Positions 19,593 through 28,493 of a stretch of DNA of 52,817 bases are shown piece after piece. Where the stretch lies: positions 1 to 52,817 of the forward strand of contig JAUVRX010000001.1 of assembly GCA_030597375.1 (NCBI GenBank), written 5' to 3'. The position numbers and the translations under genes are program-made. Positions within the stretch are counted from its first letter, which is position 1; each line of letters opens with the position of its first letter. This DNA is from Acidobacteriota bacterium (GTDB lineage Bacteria; Acidobacteriota; Thermoanaerobaculia; Multivoradales; JAHEKO01). The notes beneath the pieces were generated by a model. It searched no databases, had not been told where the DNA came from, and saw nothing but the letters and a program-made list of their open reading frames with translations.

Positions 19593-21111
19593 CGTACTGT
19601 CGCAGCTTGGCTGCCCGCTGGTCGCGATTCAGCTTGGCCAGTGCCTGGGCCTGAATCTGCCGTACGCGTTCACGGGTGATGTCGAATTGCAGTCCCGCCT
19701 CGGCCAGGGTATAGGTATCGGAATCGCCGACACCGAATCTCATCCGCAGTACCCTTTCTTCTCGTGGACTGAGCATCCTCAGAGCGTCGGTTGTCTGCTC
19801 ACGAAGCCTTGTGGTTATGGTGCTCTCCAGCGGCGACTCTGCGGCTCGATCCTCCAAGAAATCTCCAAACTGCGCGTCCTCATCATCTCCCACCGGTGCC
19901 TCGAGGGAGATCGGTTGTTTGGCCACCTTGCGGAGCATTCTCACCTTGGCGACCGGCAGGGTCATCTGCGCGGCAAGTTCTTCTACCGACGGCTCCCGGC
20001 CCAACTCCTGGACCAGAGAGCGTTCCGCATATCTCAACTGATGGAGAGTCTCGATCATGTGGACAGGAATCCTCACGGTTCGGGACTGATCTGCCAATGC
20101 CCGCGTGATGGCCTGACGAATCCACCAATGGGCATAGGTCGAAAACTTGTAGCCCCGTCGATACTCGAACTTTGCCACAGCCCTCAAGAGGCCGAGGTTG
20201 CCTTCCTGGATCAGGTCGAGAAAGCTCAGTCCCCGGCGTGTGTACTTCTTTGCGACCGACACTACGAGCCTGAGGTTGGCGACGATCAGCTCCTCCCGCG
20301 CCCGCTCGGCGATCTCTGCGCCGCGGCTCACCTGCTCGACGATCTGCCTGATCTCTTGCCAGCTCGAGCCGAACCGTCGGTCCAGCTGAGGTTGGAGACG
20401 CCGATACTTGTCGATGCGACGGCGATGCAGCGCCTGGAGCTCTCTGCTGGTCTCAGATCGGCGAGCCTTGACCGCTCTGCGAGCGCCGAGGGCGGCACGA
20501 GAGTACTCTCGATCGATGGCGCTGAGCAGCTCGGCCAGGCCGTTCAGGGTCCCCACGGGAAGGTCGATATGATGGATTTCGATCGCCGCCCTACCAGCCC
20601 AGCGATCGATGTCCCTCTCCAACTCCTTAAATCGAGCTGCCTCCCGATCCATCCCCTGCTGCTGCAAACGGAGTCTGTCGATCGACTCTTCGACCTCGGA
20701 GAGACGACGGAAATGCCAGATCAATCGACGAATGCCAGGTAACGCCGGCACTTTTACAGAGCCTTCGAGAGACTCCTGCGGTCGGTGCGTTGCCGCCGAG
20801 TCATCGAGAGCGGCCAGGTGACAGGTCGTCAACAGACGGTCCAGAAGGAACAAATTCACGGCCAGGGACCGATAGAGAATCCGCTCTCCAACCTCGATAC
20901 GCCGAGCGATCGCCACCTCTCCTTCTCGGTCCAGGAGAGCGACCGAGCTCATCTCCCGAAGGTAGATGCGAATTGGATCCTGATGTCCCTCGTCTTCGCC
21001 GATCTCCTCCAATGGGGTCTTCTCATCGTCCATCGAGACCGGCTGCTTGTCGGCGAGCGAACACTGCACGGCTCGACCCTCTTGCTCGACCCCCTTGACC
21101 TTCGGCTCCAC
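19543..21111 (-). CDS. RpoD-family (group 1/2) sigma-70 factor
   Basis: Region 1.2 [10 protein letters not shown]. Region 2 [56 protein letters not shown]. Region 4 [27 protein letters not shown] 21111 or ATG 21033 as start. 3' end overlaps elp3 by 50 nt. Confidence 0.9.
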   Translation of the reverse strand: MEPKVKGVEQEGRAVQCSLADKQPVSMDDEKTPLEEIGEDEGHQDPIRIYLREMSSVALLDREGEVAIARRIEVGERILYRSLAVNLFLLDRLLTTCHLAALDDSAATHRPQESLEGSVKVPALPGIRRLIWHFRRLSEVEESIDRLRLQQQGMDREAARFKELERDIDRWAGRAAIEIHHIDLPVGTLNGLAELLSAIDREYSRAALGARRAVKARRSETSRELQALHRRRIDKYRRLQPQLDRRFGSSWQEIRQIVEQVSRGAEIAERAREELIVANLRLVVSVAKKYTRRGLSFLDLIQEGNLGLLRAVAKFEYRRGYKFSTYAHWWIRQAITRALADQSRTVRIPVHMIETLHQLRYAERSLVQELGREPSVEELAAQMTLPVAKVRMLRKVAKQPISLEAPVGDDEDAQFGDFLEDRAAESPLESTITTRLREQTTDALRMLSPREERVLRMRFGVGDSDTYTLAEAGLQFDITRERVRQIQAQALAKLNRDQRAAKLRQYVTDSYSGRSADREARR

Positions 21112-21294
21112 TGGAAGCTCACCTCCCGCGAGCGCCGTTCATCTTCACCCTACGGATCTCAGTTGGCCTTGACCTGGCACGGCTCGCATCTTCGGCGACG
21201 CCAACCGAAGCAGGTTCCGTGGGCTCGATTCTGCACCCTGACCGCGGCCCACTGATCAGTCCCTATCTATAATGACGCTTTGTAGGGTCTGAAA

Positions 21295-21328
21295 ATTCCT
21301 CGGGATTACTCCAGGAATCCCGAGGAAT
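21295..21328. repeat. Perfect 13-bp inverted repeat with 8-nt spacer in the sigma / anti-sigma-kinase divergent spacer
   Basis: ATTCCTCGGGATT (21295-21307) - ACTCCAGG - AATCCCGAGGAAT (21316-21328). Could be an operator or a 5' RNA hairpin. Flanked by two copies of ATAATGACG (21269-21277, 21386-21394). Confidence 0.6.
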
Positions 21329-21381
21329 CCGGTTGGCGAAGTCGAGACCGAAGCTACGATCGGCTCTCTCGTCCTTCTTCG

Positions 21382-21390
21382 TGCGATAAT
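21382..21390 (+). promoter_or_regulatory. Extended -10-like element (TGCGATAAT) upstream of the RsbW-like gene
   Basis: TGnTATAAT-like 9-mer ~45 nt upstream of ATG 21435. No convincing -35 element. Confidence 0.25.
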
Positions 21391-21434
21391 GACGGCAGCT
21401 TACGCCAGAGCCAAAATCAGGTATGGAGGCTGCC

Positions 21435-21881
21435 ATGCCAAGCGATTCAACTTCCAGGTGCGAGTTCGATTCCGACAAACTCATCCTGCGTCTCAATGTG
21501 ACGATTCAGGGTTCCGTCCAGGAGGTCACACCAGCCGTCGATCGGATCATGACCGTGGTCCAGGACATGCACTGCGCCAAGGGCAAGGAGAACGAGATCG
21601 AGTTGGCGCTGCAGGAAGCCCTGGCGAATGCGGTCGTGCACGGTTGTAAGGAGGATCCCTCGCGAAATGTCCAGGTCTGCGTCGCCTGTGACGAAAGCAG
21701 GGGCATGCTGATCATCATTCGCGACCCGGGACCTGGCTTCGATCCCAAGGACATTCCCAGCCCGATTTCGGGTGAGAACCTCTACGCCGAGGGCGGGCGG
21801 GGGATCTACCTGATCAACCAGCTCATGGATGAGGTGCACTTCGAGAAGGGCGGCACCGAGATCTGGATGAGGAAGCAGTAG
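21435..21881 (+). CDS. RsbW/SpoIIAB-like anti-sigma factor Ser kinase (HATPase_c_2)
   Basis: ELALQEALANAVVHG (N-box). IIIRDPGPGFD (G1). GGRGIYLINQLMDEV (G2). ATG 21435 is preferred (GGAGG at 21425-21429, 5-nt spacing); ATG 21423 is the alternative. Confidence 0.75.
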   Translation: MPSDSTSRCEFDSDKLILRLNVTIQGSVQEVTPAVDRIMTVVQDMHCAKGKENEIELALQEALANAVVHGCKEDPSRNVQVCVACDESRGMLIIIRDPGPGFDPKDIPSPISGENLYAEGGRGIYLINQLMDEVHFEKGGTEIWMRKQ

Positions 21882-22019
21882 ACACCGTTCGACAGCCTGC
21901 TACAAACCACCCTCGACTCCCGGACGGGCGTCCGTAGACCTCTGTCGCCGAGAAGCTGCCTCGTTTCCCGAATCTCCTCACCAGTAGCCTCGCCCAGAGT
22001 CGACAGAGAGAACAAGCAG

Positions 22020-22925
22020 ATGAGGGAGGCCGGTTTGAACAAAGCAGTCAATATCGTCGGCGTGCCGATGGATCTCGGGCAGTCTCGACGTGGCGTCGAC
22101 ATGGGCCCGAGTGCGGTGCGATATGCAGGCCTGGACGACCATCTGCGGCAGATGGGATGCAGAGTTCGAGACTGCGGTAATGTCGAGATTCCAGTCCGCG
22201 ATGAGCTGCCGGCTGAGGGCGGCCTGGCCTATCTACCGGCAGTCGTGGAGGCCTGTACGACGGTCTATGGAGCCGGATTGGAAGCGTTCTCCGAGGGCGC
22301 GATTCCAGTATTTCTCGGTGGTGACCACTCCATCGCACTCGGCACCGTGGCAGCCGCCACCGAAGCCCAGCCAGTCGGTGTGCTGTGGATCGACGCGCAT
22401 GGCGACTTCAACACCCCCTCGACCTCACCGACCGGTAATCTGCACGGCATGCCCTTGGCGGCACTCATCGGACAAGGCAGCCCCACCCTGGTCGACATCG
22501 GCAGACCCGGCCCCAAGATCTCTGCCCGTGACGTTGTCCTACTTGGACTCCGAAGCCTCGACCCGGAGGAGAGAGCCCTCCTCCGAGCCACCGGTATGAC
22601 GGTCTTGACGATGCGTGAGATCGATGAAAAAGGAATCGGAAAGGTTGCCAAGCAGGCGATCCAGAGTCTCTCCGGAAGCCCGAAGATTCACATCAGTCTG
22701 GACATGGACAGCCTCGACCCCAGTGAGGCTCCCGGTGTCGGCACGCCAGTCCCCGGAGGCCTGACCTACCGGGAGGCCCATGTCTTGATGGAGTTGATCG
22801 CAGCCAGTGCGACCGTCGGCTCGATGGATGTGGTGGAGATCAATCCGATTCTGGACCACCGAAACCGCACGGCAAAGATTGCTGTCGAGCTCGTTGCTTC
22901 GGCTCTGGGTCAGACGATCTTCTGA
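22020..22925 (+). CDS. rocF: Arginase
   Basis: Ureohydrolase Mn-site motifs GGDHSIALG, DAHGDFNTP, SLDMDSLDP, plus the arginase-type TGNLHGMPLA loop. Confidence 0.88.
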   Translation: MREAGLNKAVNIVGVPMDLGQSRRGVDMGPSAVRYAGLDDHLRQMGCRVRDCGNVEIPVRDELPAEGGLAYLPAVVEACTTVYGAGLEAFSEGAIPVFLGGDHSIALGTVAAATEAQPVGVLWIDAHGDFNTPSTSPTGNLHGMPLAALIGQGSPTLVDIGRPGPKISARDVVLLGLRSLDPEERALLRATGMTVLTMREIDEKGIGKVAKQAIQSLSGSPKIHISLDMDSLDPSEAPGVGTPVPGGLTYREAHVLMELIAASATVGSMDVVEINPILDHRNRTAKIAVELVASALGQTIF

Positions 22926-22959
22926 GGACCTCGGTAGGCACCGAAGGACGACCAGGGCC

Positions 22960-23058
22960 GAGCCCTTTACAACGGGCTCCTAGCGAAGTTTTGCCTCAAA
23001 CCGACTAGGAGACAGGGAAGGTCTCCACTCGGGTTGGTTTGAAGAACGGGTCTGCGCT
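22960..23058 (+). repeat. Intergenic repeat element, copy A (hairpin GAGCCC-N8-GGGCTC, then a conserved core containing hairpin GGAGAC-N7-GTCTCC)
   Basis: Core 22993-23033 GCCTCAAACCGACTAGGAGACAGGGAAGGTCTCCACTCGGG matches 47393-47434 at 38 of 41 aligned positions plus one 1-nt indel (hand count). Flanks are also similar. Confidence 0.6.
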
Positions 23059-23210
23059 TGAGGGATTCAGCAGGGGAGATGCCCAGAGGTCTGTCAACCA
23101 GTACATAGCAGCGCCAACAGCGGCATGGTAGACAAGCGACTGAACTGTCGCGTTCCCTGCTTCCTGGAAGATCTACGAGAGGACACGAAGGCGACGCTAG
23201 GTATGCAACC

Positions 23211-25613
23211 ATGAGCAACTTCACTTCTGGATCGAATGCCAAGACCGGCCAGTTCTCTCTCGGCTCAGCGACAGAGTCGGGCGATTCGGGCGCTGGCTGG
23301 GTTCATCACAACACGCGGGTCCTGTTTGACAACACGCCGGATTACCTCATCCTGCTGGACCTGCAGGGCGTGGTCCTTCTCGCCAACCGCCCCTTCCCCG
23401 ACCTTTCGATGGAAGACATGAGGGGGCAGAAGCTCTCCACCCTCATGCCGATCCGCTTCCGGCAGGATCTGACCGACTGTCTTCTGAGGGTCGCTGAGCG
23501 CAAGGTCCCAGACCGCTGCGAGGTCGAGTACCGCTCCCAGAGCGGCCAGATCTGGTCCCTGGAGGTCAGAGTCGGGCCCGTTGTGACTGCGGGACGGTTG
23601 AGCTCGTTCGCCCTCAGCTGCAGCAATATCACCGAGCAGCGCCACATGGTCCGGGCTCTCAAGCGCAGCGAGGCCCGATACCGGAGTCTGATTGAAACTC
23701 AGACCGAGTTCATCATCAGGTGGCTGCCCGACGGTACTCATACCTTCGTCAACGATGCCTACTGCCGTTTCTTCGATCAACCCCGGGATGCGATTCTCGG
23801 AACGAGCCTCTTTCCGCGGTGCCACGAGGAAGACCGAGACCTCGTGCGTGCCAACATCGCTGCTCTGTCGCCTTCGAGACCGACGGCCATGGACGAACAC
23901 CGGGTCCTCACTGCCGATGGAACCGTCCATTGGCAGGAGTGGATCGACCGAGGGCTCTTCGACGAAGATGGAGGGCTCGTCGAGATCCAGTCTGTGGGCC
24001 GTGATATCTCCGAGCGCCGGCGGGCCGAGGAGCAGTTACGCCAGAGCGAAGAACGCTATCTCCTGCTCACCGAGGCCATTTCCGACGTCATTTGGACCAT
24101 GGACCTCGACCAGCAGATCACCTACGTCAGCCCTTCGGTTCGACGACTCCTCGGCTACCAGCCTGACGAGCTTCCCGGTGTCGATCTCAGCCAACTCCTC
24201 GCCGCCGAGTCCTTCCCCATGGCTCGAGACACCCTGCTGGAAGAGCTGAGGTTCGAGCGTGAGGCCGAGACCGATCTGTCCCGCACTCGAACCCTCGACC
24301 TCGAGCTCGTGCACAGGGACGGGACACATGTCTGGTGCGAGGTCAAGATGACGCTGCTTCGGGATGAGCGGCGACAGCCCAAGGGAGTCCTCGGCGTGGC
24401 GCGGGACATCTCCTCCTGGAAAGACGCACAGGAGGCTCTGGTGGAAAGCGAGGAGCGTCTGCGCCGCGCACAGCGTCTCGAGGCCGTCGGGCAACTGGCA
24501 GGCGGCATCGCTCACGACTTCAACAATCTCCTGACCGTCATCATCGGCAATGTCGAGCTCATGGCCAGGGAGCTCAGGCCTGGAGACGAGCTTCGAATAC
24601 AGACCGAAGAGGTCAGCAAAGCCGCTCGCCGAGCCGCCTCGCTGACTCGCCAGCTCCTGGCCTTCAGCCGCAAACAGATGATGGTGCCGGAGGTCCTGAC
24701 CTTCAACACCATCGTCTGCGACATGAGCAACATGCTGCGCAGACTCGTCGGCGAAAACATCGAGCTGGAAACAAAGCTCGAGCCCGAGCTGGATTGGGTC
24801 AAGGCCGATCCGAGCCAGCTGGAGCTGGTTCTGGTCAACCTGGCGGTAAACGCCCGAGACGCCATGCCAGATGGCGGCCGTTTCACCATCGAGACCGCCA
24901 ACAGACAACTGGATCCCAGCTACAGCGACGGCAACTATGATGTGGTCGAAGGCCCCTATGCCATGCTGGCGGTGACCGACACGGGACGAGGAATACCGGC
25001 TCAGGATCAGTCCAGGATCTTCGAACCCTTCTTCACCACCAAGGAGGTGGGCAAGGGCACCGGACTCGGCCTTTCCACGGTCTATGGCATCGTCAAGCAG
25101 AGTGGCGGTTACATCTGGGTCGAGAGCGAGCCCAACAAGGGCACTCGTTTCAGGATCTTCCTGCCGCGCATCGACAAGGCCGGCGTCTTGAATCGCCCGG
25201 TTGCCGAGCAGATCGGACGGTCACCCGGAACTGAGACCATCCTGTTGGTCGAGGACGAGGACGGGGTCAGGACTCTGACCAGCAAGATTCTCGAGAAAAG
25301 TGGCTATTGTGTGATCGCAGCCGCCAACGGCGAACAGGCGCTCCGCATGCTGGCTGAGATGCAGGGCCCCCTGCATCTCCTGCTCACCGACGTCATCATG
25401 CCCGGGATGAGCGGTGCCAGGCTGGCAACGGAGGTCCTGGCCGATCGGCCCGACCTCAAGGTGCTCTTCGTCTCCGGCCACAGCGACGACGTGCTGACCC
25501 ATCACGGTGAGCTCGATCCGGATACCAATTTTCTGGAAAAGCCCTTCACACCCGACGGCCTCGCCAACAAAGTACGCGAAGTTCTTGACGACTCCAGACC
25601 GGAGTCTGGCTGA
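23211..25613 (+). CDS. Hybrid sensor histidine kinase (3 x PAS - HisKA - HATPase - REC)
   Basis: PAS-type segments ending in SVGRDISERRRAEEQL and GVARDISSWKDAQEAL. H-box GGIAHDFNNLLTVIIGN. DTGRGIP, GKGTGLGLSTVYGIV. REC ILLVEDEDGVR...LLLTDVIMPGMSG. Confidence 0.92.
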   Translation: MSNFTSGSNAKTGQFSLGSATESGDSGAGWVHHNTRVLFDNTPDYLILLDLQGVVLLANRPFPDLSMEDMRGQKLSTLMPIRFRQDLTDCLLRVAERKVPDRCEVEYRSQSGQIWSLEVRVGPVVTAGRLSSFALSCSNITEQRHMVRALKRSEARYRSLIETQTEFIIRWLPDGTHTFVNDAYCRFFDQPRDAILGTSLFPRCHEEDRDLVRANIAALSPSRPTAMDEHRVLTADGTVHWQEWIDRGLFDEDGGLVEIQSVGRDISERRRAEEQLRQSEERYLLLTEAISDVIWTMDLDQQITYVSPSVRRLLGYQPDELPGVDLSQLLAAESFPMARDTLLEELRFEREAETDLSRTRTLDLELVHRDGTHVWCEVKMTLLRDERRQPKGVLGVARDISSWKDAQEALVESEERLRRAQRLEAVGQLAGGIAHDFNNLLTVIIGNVELMARELRPGDELRIQTEEVSKAARRAASLTRQLLAFSRKQMMVPEVLTFNTIVCDMSNMLRRLVGENIELETKLEPELDWVKADPSQLELVLVNLAVNARDAMPDGGRFTIETANRQLDPSYSDGNYDVVEGPYAMLAVTDTGRGIPAQDQSRIFEPFFTTKEVGKGTGLGLSTVYGIVKQSGGYIWVESEPNKGTRFRIFLPRIDKAGVLNRPVAEQIGRSPGTETILLVEDEDGVRTLTSKILEKSGYCVIAAANGEQALRMLAEMQGPLHLLLTDVIMPGMSGARLATEVLADRPDLKVLFVSGHSDDVLTHHGELDPDTNFLEKPFTPDGLANKVREVLDDSRPESG

Positions 25614-25736
25614 AACCCGCGGGCGACGTACGGCGCCAGCCCCTCACCTCCTGCCTCGGAGAACCGCGCTCCGTGCTAGCCTGAGATTAGCCAGGTTTCA
25701 TGGCTCCGGTACCCAACCCGATCGAGAGGCAAGAAC

Positions 25737-26561
25737 ATGAAGAGCCTACGCGACAAGCTGATTCTCATCACTGGTGGAGCCCGGGGAATCGGGCTCGCCA
25801 TCGCTCGACGTCTCGGCCGAGATGGTGGCCAGATTGTCCTGACCGACCTCGACACCGCGGAACTGGAGCGCGCCCAGGAGACCCTCCAACAGGATGGAGT
25901 CCGTTGCTCGGTCTTCACCCTGGACGTCACAGAAACCGATGCCATGCCGGACTTTCGACAGCGTCTGCACGATACGGTCGGCCCCGTGGAGATTCTGGTC
26001 AACAACGCCGGAGTGGTCTTCGGTGGCCCCTTTCTCGACGTGCCGCTGGAGAAACACCTCTTCACCTACCGGGTCAACGTCGATGGCCTGGTGGCCATGA
26101 CTCATACCTTCCTGCCCGACCTGATCTCCGCCGGGGAGAGCCACCTGGTGAATATCTCCAGCGCCTCCGCGCTGGTCGGTCTGCCATGGGGCTCGACCTA
26201 CGCTTCGAGCAAGTGGGCAGTGCTGGGCTTCACCGAATCAATCCGTCAAGAGATGACGGAGTTGGACCACAAGCACGTCGGGGTTACTACCGTATGCCCG
26301 GGTTACATCGACACCGGGATGTTCGAGGGGGTCCGACCTCCTCTGATGATGCCCTTTCTGAGCCCCGAAGAGCTGGCCGAAAACGTACAGAAGGCGATCT
26401 TGAAGCGCCACGAATTGGTCCTGGAGCCCTGGCTTGTCAAACTCACCCCGTTCTTGAAGGGAGTCCTTCCCCGCTTCCTGTCGGATGGACTCGCCGACCT
26501 GATGGGGGCTACCACCGGCATGCGATCCTGGACGGGACATGAGGGCGGGCAGCGAGACTGA
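25737..26561 (+). CDS. Classical short-chain dehydrogenase/reductase (SDR)
   Basis: ITGGARGIGLAIA, NNAGV, YASSKWAV (YxxxK). Confidence 0.9.
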   Translation: MKSLRDKLILITGGARGIGLAIARRLGRDGGQIVLTDLDTAELERAQETLQQDGVRCSVFTLDVTETDAMPDFRQRLHDTVGPVEILVNNAGVVFGGPFLDVPLEKHLFTYRVNVDGLVAMTHTFLPDLISAGESHLVNISSASALVGLPWGSTYASSKWAVLGFTESIRQEMTELDHKHVGVTTVCPGYIDTGMFEGVRPPLMMPFLSPEELAENVQKAILKRHELVLEPWLVKLTPFLKGVLPRFLSDGLADLMGATTGMRSWTGHEGGQRD

Positions 26562-26612
26562 CCCCCCGCTAACGCAGGACCTCGACTGAGGTTGCTGGGG
26601 CGAAGTACCGGC

Positions 26613-28481
26613 TCAGGCTTCTCCACGGCGCAGCAGGGTGAAGGTTGTCGTATCGAGCCGATCGTCCATCATGGTGTGGAACTTGTCGGCCGGGATGGCT
26701 CCAACGGGCATACCGGTCTCTTCTTCCAGACCCAGCATGAAGTCCCACCAGGCTTTCTCCCGGCGAGAGATCTCGTCCAGGTCGTGTACCTTGCCGAAAT
26801 CCTGCACGAAGCGGTTATGACGGCACAGTAGCCGGAAGACGTGCTCTGTGTTGGGACGGGGCGTCGGCAGGCCCAGCACCCGCACGTCGTTGCCGACCTG
26901 GTGGATGGGCTGACCCCACTCACTGTAGCCAGCGAAGATCGTCCCCAGCTTGTCGAGCGCATGAGCGATCTTGTCCTGCTTGGCAGCCTTCAGGATCTTG
27001 GTGACGATCGGTAGCGTAACGGTTCGATGCAGCGTCGGTTCCGCCAACTTCACCTTGACGCCCAGTTCCTCCTGGACGATCTGGGCAATCTGCTGGGAAG
27101 TCAGACGATGATCCCCAGCCAGATGGATTCTCTCGCCCACAGCTGCCGGCTTCTTGAGCGCAGCTAGAATCCCGGCCGCAACCCGGTCCACCGGTACCAG
27201 GTTGAGCTCCGCAGTGGGGTCGGCGGGAAACACACATGCCATCTTGGCCAGCATATGCCCCTTGGATCGAGCGATCCAACTGCCGTCCTGGGACGCGAGA
27301 GCCTCCTGGGCCCGTCCGAACAGGTTCACGGGAGCGTTGACCACCTTGGTATCACCGCGGTTGTTTCCAGCTTTGGTCTCACCGATGACGATGGCAGGGC
27401 ATAGTTGAACGACCCTGAGCCCCTTCTCCAGCATGAAGCGCTCGGTCTCGAAGGAAGCCATCGCTTTTGTGGCCTCGTAGAAGTTGTTGTAGAAATTTCG
27501 AGGAAACACCACTTCTGCCTCCCGAGCCAGACCCTTGACCTTGCGGCCGTGGATATAGGAGGTCTCGATGCCCAGATGTGCGACGAAGGAGCTACCCGGC
27601 ATCGATTGCACAGCGTGTGAGAACCGGAGGGCGTTCAGAGTTCCCGTCACATTGGCACGGAAAGACTTCTCATAGGGATCGTCGAAAGAGACACTGGCCG
27701 CACAGTGGACGACATGGGTGATCCGTGGTCCCAACTCCTCCAGAACCTCGGTGGCGATTCCCAGATTGGGCTGCTCCACGTCGCCTGCCACGAACGAGAA
27801 CTTGGCACGTGTCTCGGGAGTGTCGAGCCAAAGTCGATCCAGCAGCCGTTCGCCTCGCTCGGCCGGACTGAGGACCCGCACCACTTCCCCGGTCTTGCGA
27901 TCGACGACCTTTCGGGGTCGAATGACCACGATCATCTCTGCGATGTCATCATCTCGAGTCGCCTGCCAGATGATCTCCTTGCCGACGAAGCCCGTGCCCC
28001 CTGTCAACAGAACCCGCAAGGCCGGACGCCCCTTCCCTGACAGATTCTCCAGCTTCTCCCGAGCTTCCTCACGGAGCTCAGCCGGTCGCTGAGTGATCTC
28101 CGCTGTTGTCACCGACGGTCTCTTGAAACGGAAGAAATACTCTTTCTCCTTCAAACCGAACAACGCCTTGGACACCTTCGCGACGTCGCGCTGACCGATC
28201 AGCTTCGCAATCACCTCGGCGGCCCTCCGCCCCTTATGCCGCAGCTGCCGCATCTTCTTGCGGGCCTCCTCGGGACTGCCCGTCTCCCGGACCACCCGAC
28301 TCATCATGCGGCGGGCATGGATATCCAACAGGTGATAGTCACGATGCTGCTGGACCAGGAGCTGTTTCGGGAGAATCTCTTCATCGAGAATCTCTCCTGT
28401 GATCAGACTCACCTTCTCGATATATCGAGAAGGCCGCATCTCTTCAGGTAGTGTTGGCTCGACGCTCATTTCGGCAGTCAC
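26613..28481 (-). CDS. 622-aa extended-SDR, thioester/fatty-acyl reductase-like (NAD_binding_4-type core) with unrecognised N- and C-terminal extensions
   Basis: VLLTGGTGFVGKEIIW Rossmann motif starts about residue 165. YEATK (YxxxK). GTG 28481 preceded by AGAGGA, 12 nt after the radical SAM stop. Confidence 0.72.
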   Translation of the reverse strand: MTAEMSVEPTLPEEMRPSRYIEKVSLITGEILDEEILPKQLLVQQHRDYHLLDIHARRMMSRVVRETGSPEEARKKMRQLRHKGRRAAEVIAKLIGQRDVAKVSKALFGLKEKEYFFRFKRPSVTTAEITQRPAELREEAREKLENLSGKGRPALRVLLTGGTGFVGKEIIWQATRDDDIAEMIVVIRPRKVVDRKTGEVVRVLSPAERGERLLDRLWLDTPETRAKFSFVAGDVEQPNLGIATEVLEELGPRITHVVHCAASVSFDDPYEKSFRANVTGTLNALRFSHAVQSMPGSSFVAHLGIETSYIHGRKVKGLAREAEVVFPRNFYNNFYEATKAMASFETERFMLEKGLRVVQLCPAIVIGETKAGNNRGDTKVVNAPVNLFGRAQEALASQDGSWIARSKGHMLAKMACVFPADPTAELNLVPVDRVAAGILAALKKPAAVGERIHLAGDHRLTSQQIAQIVQEELGVKVKLAEPTLHRTVTLPIVTKILKAAKQDKIAHALDKLGTIFAGYSEWGQPIHQVGNDVRVLGLPTPRPNTEHVFRLLCRHNRFVQDFGKVHDLDEISRREKAWWDFMLGLEEETGMPVGAIPADKFHTMMDDRLDTTTFTLLRRGEA

Positions 28482-28493
28482 CGGATATCCTCT

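Noticed and set aside
21175-21189. Sigma-54-like motif TGGCACGGCTCGCAT upstream of the RsbW-like gene
   Set aside because: The GG-to-GC spacing is two nt too short for a -24/-12 promoter, and there is no TTGC.
21263-21496. 77-aa minus-strand ORF across the sigma / anti-sigma-kinase spacer
   Set aside because: It overlaps the start of the RsbW-like gene and spans the palindrome. It has no RBS and no recognisable features.
22020-22925. Agmatinase or formiminoglutamase instead of arginase
   Set aside because: The TGNLHGMPLA loop and the overall motif set look arginase-type. Phylogeny would still be needed for certainty.
22967-23242. 91-aa minus-strand ORF in the arginase / PAS-kinase spacer
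   Set aside because: There is no RBS, and it overlaps the kinase start. The region is better explained by repeat element copy A and promoter sequence.
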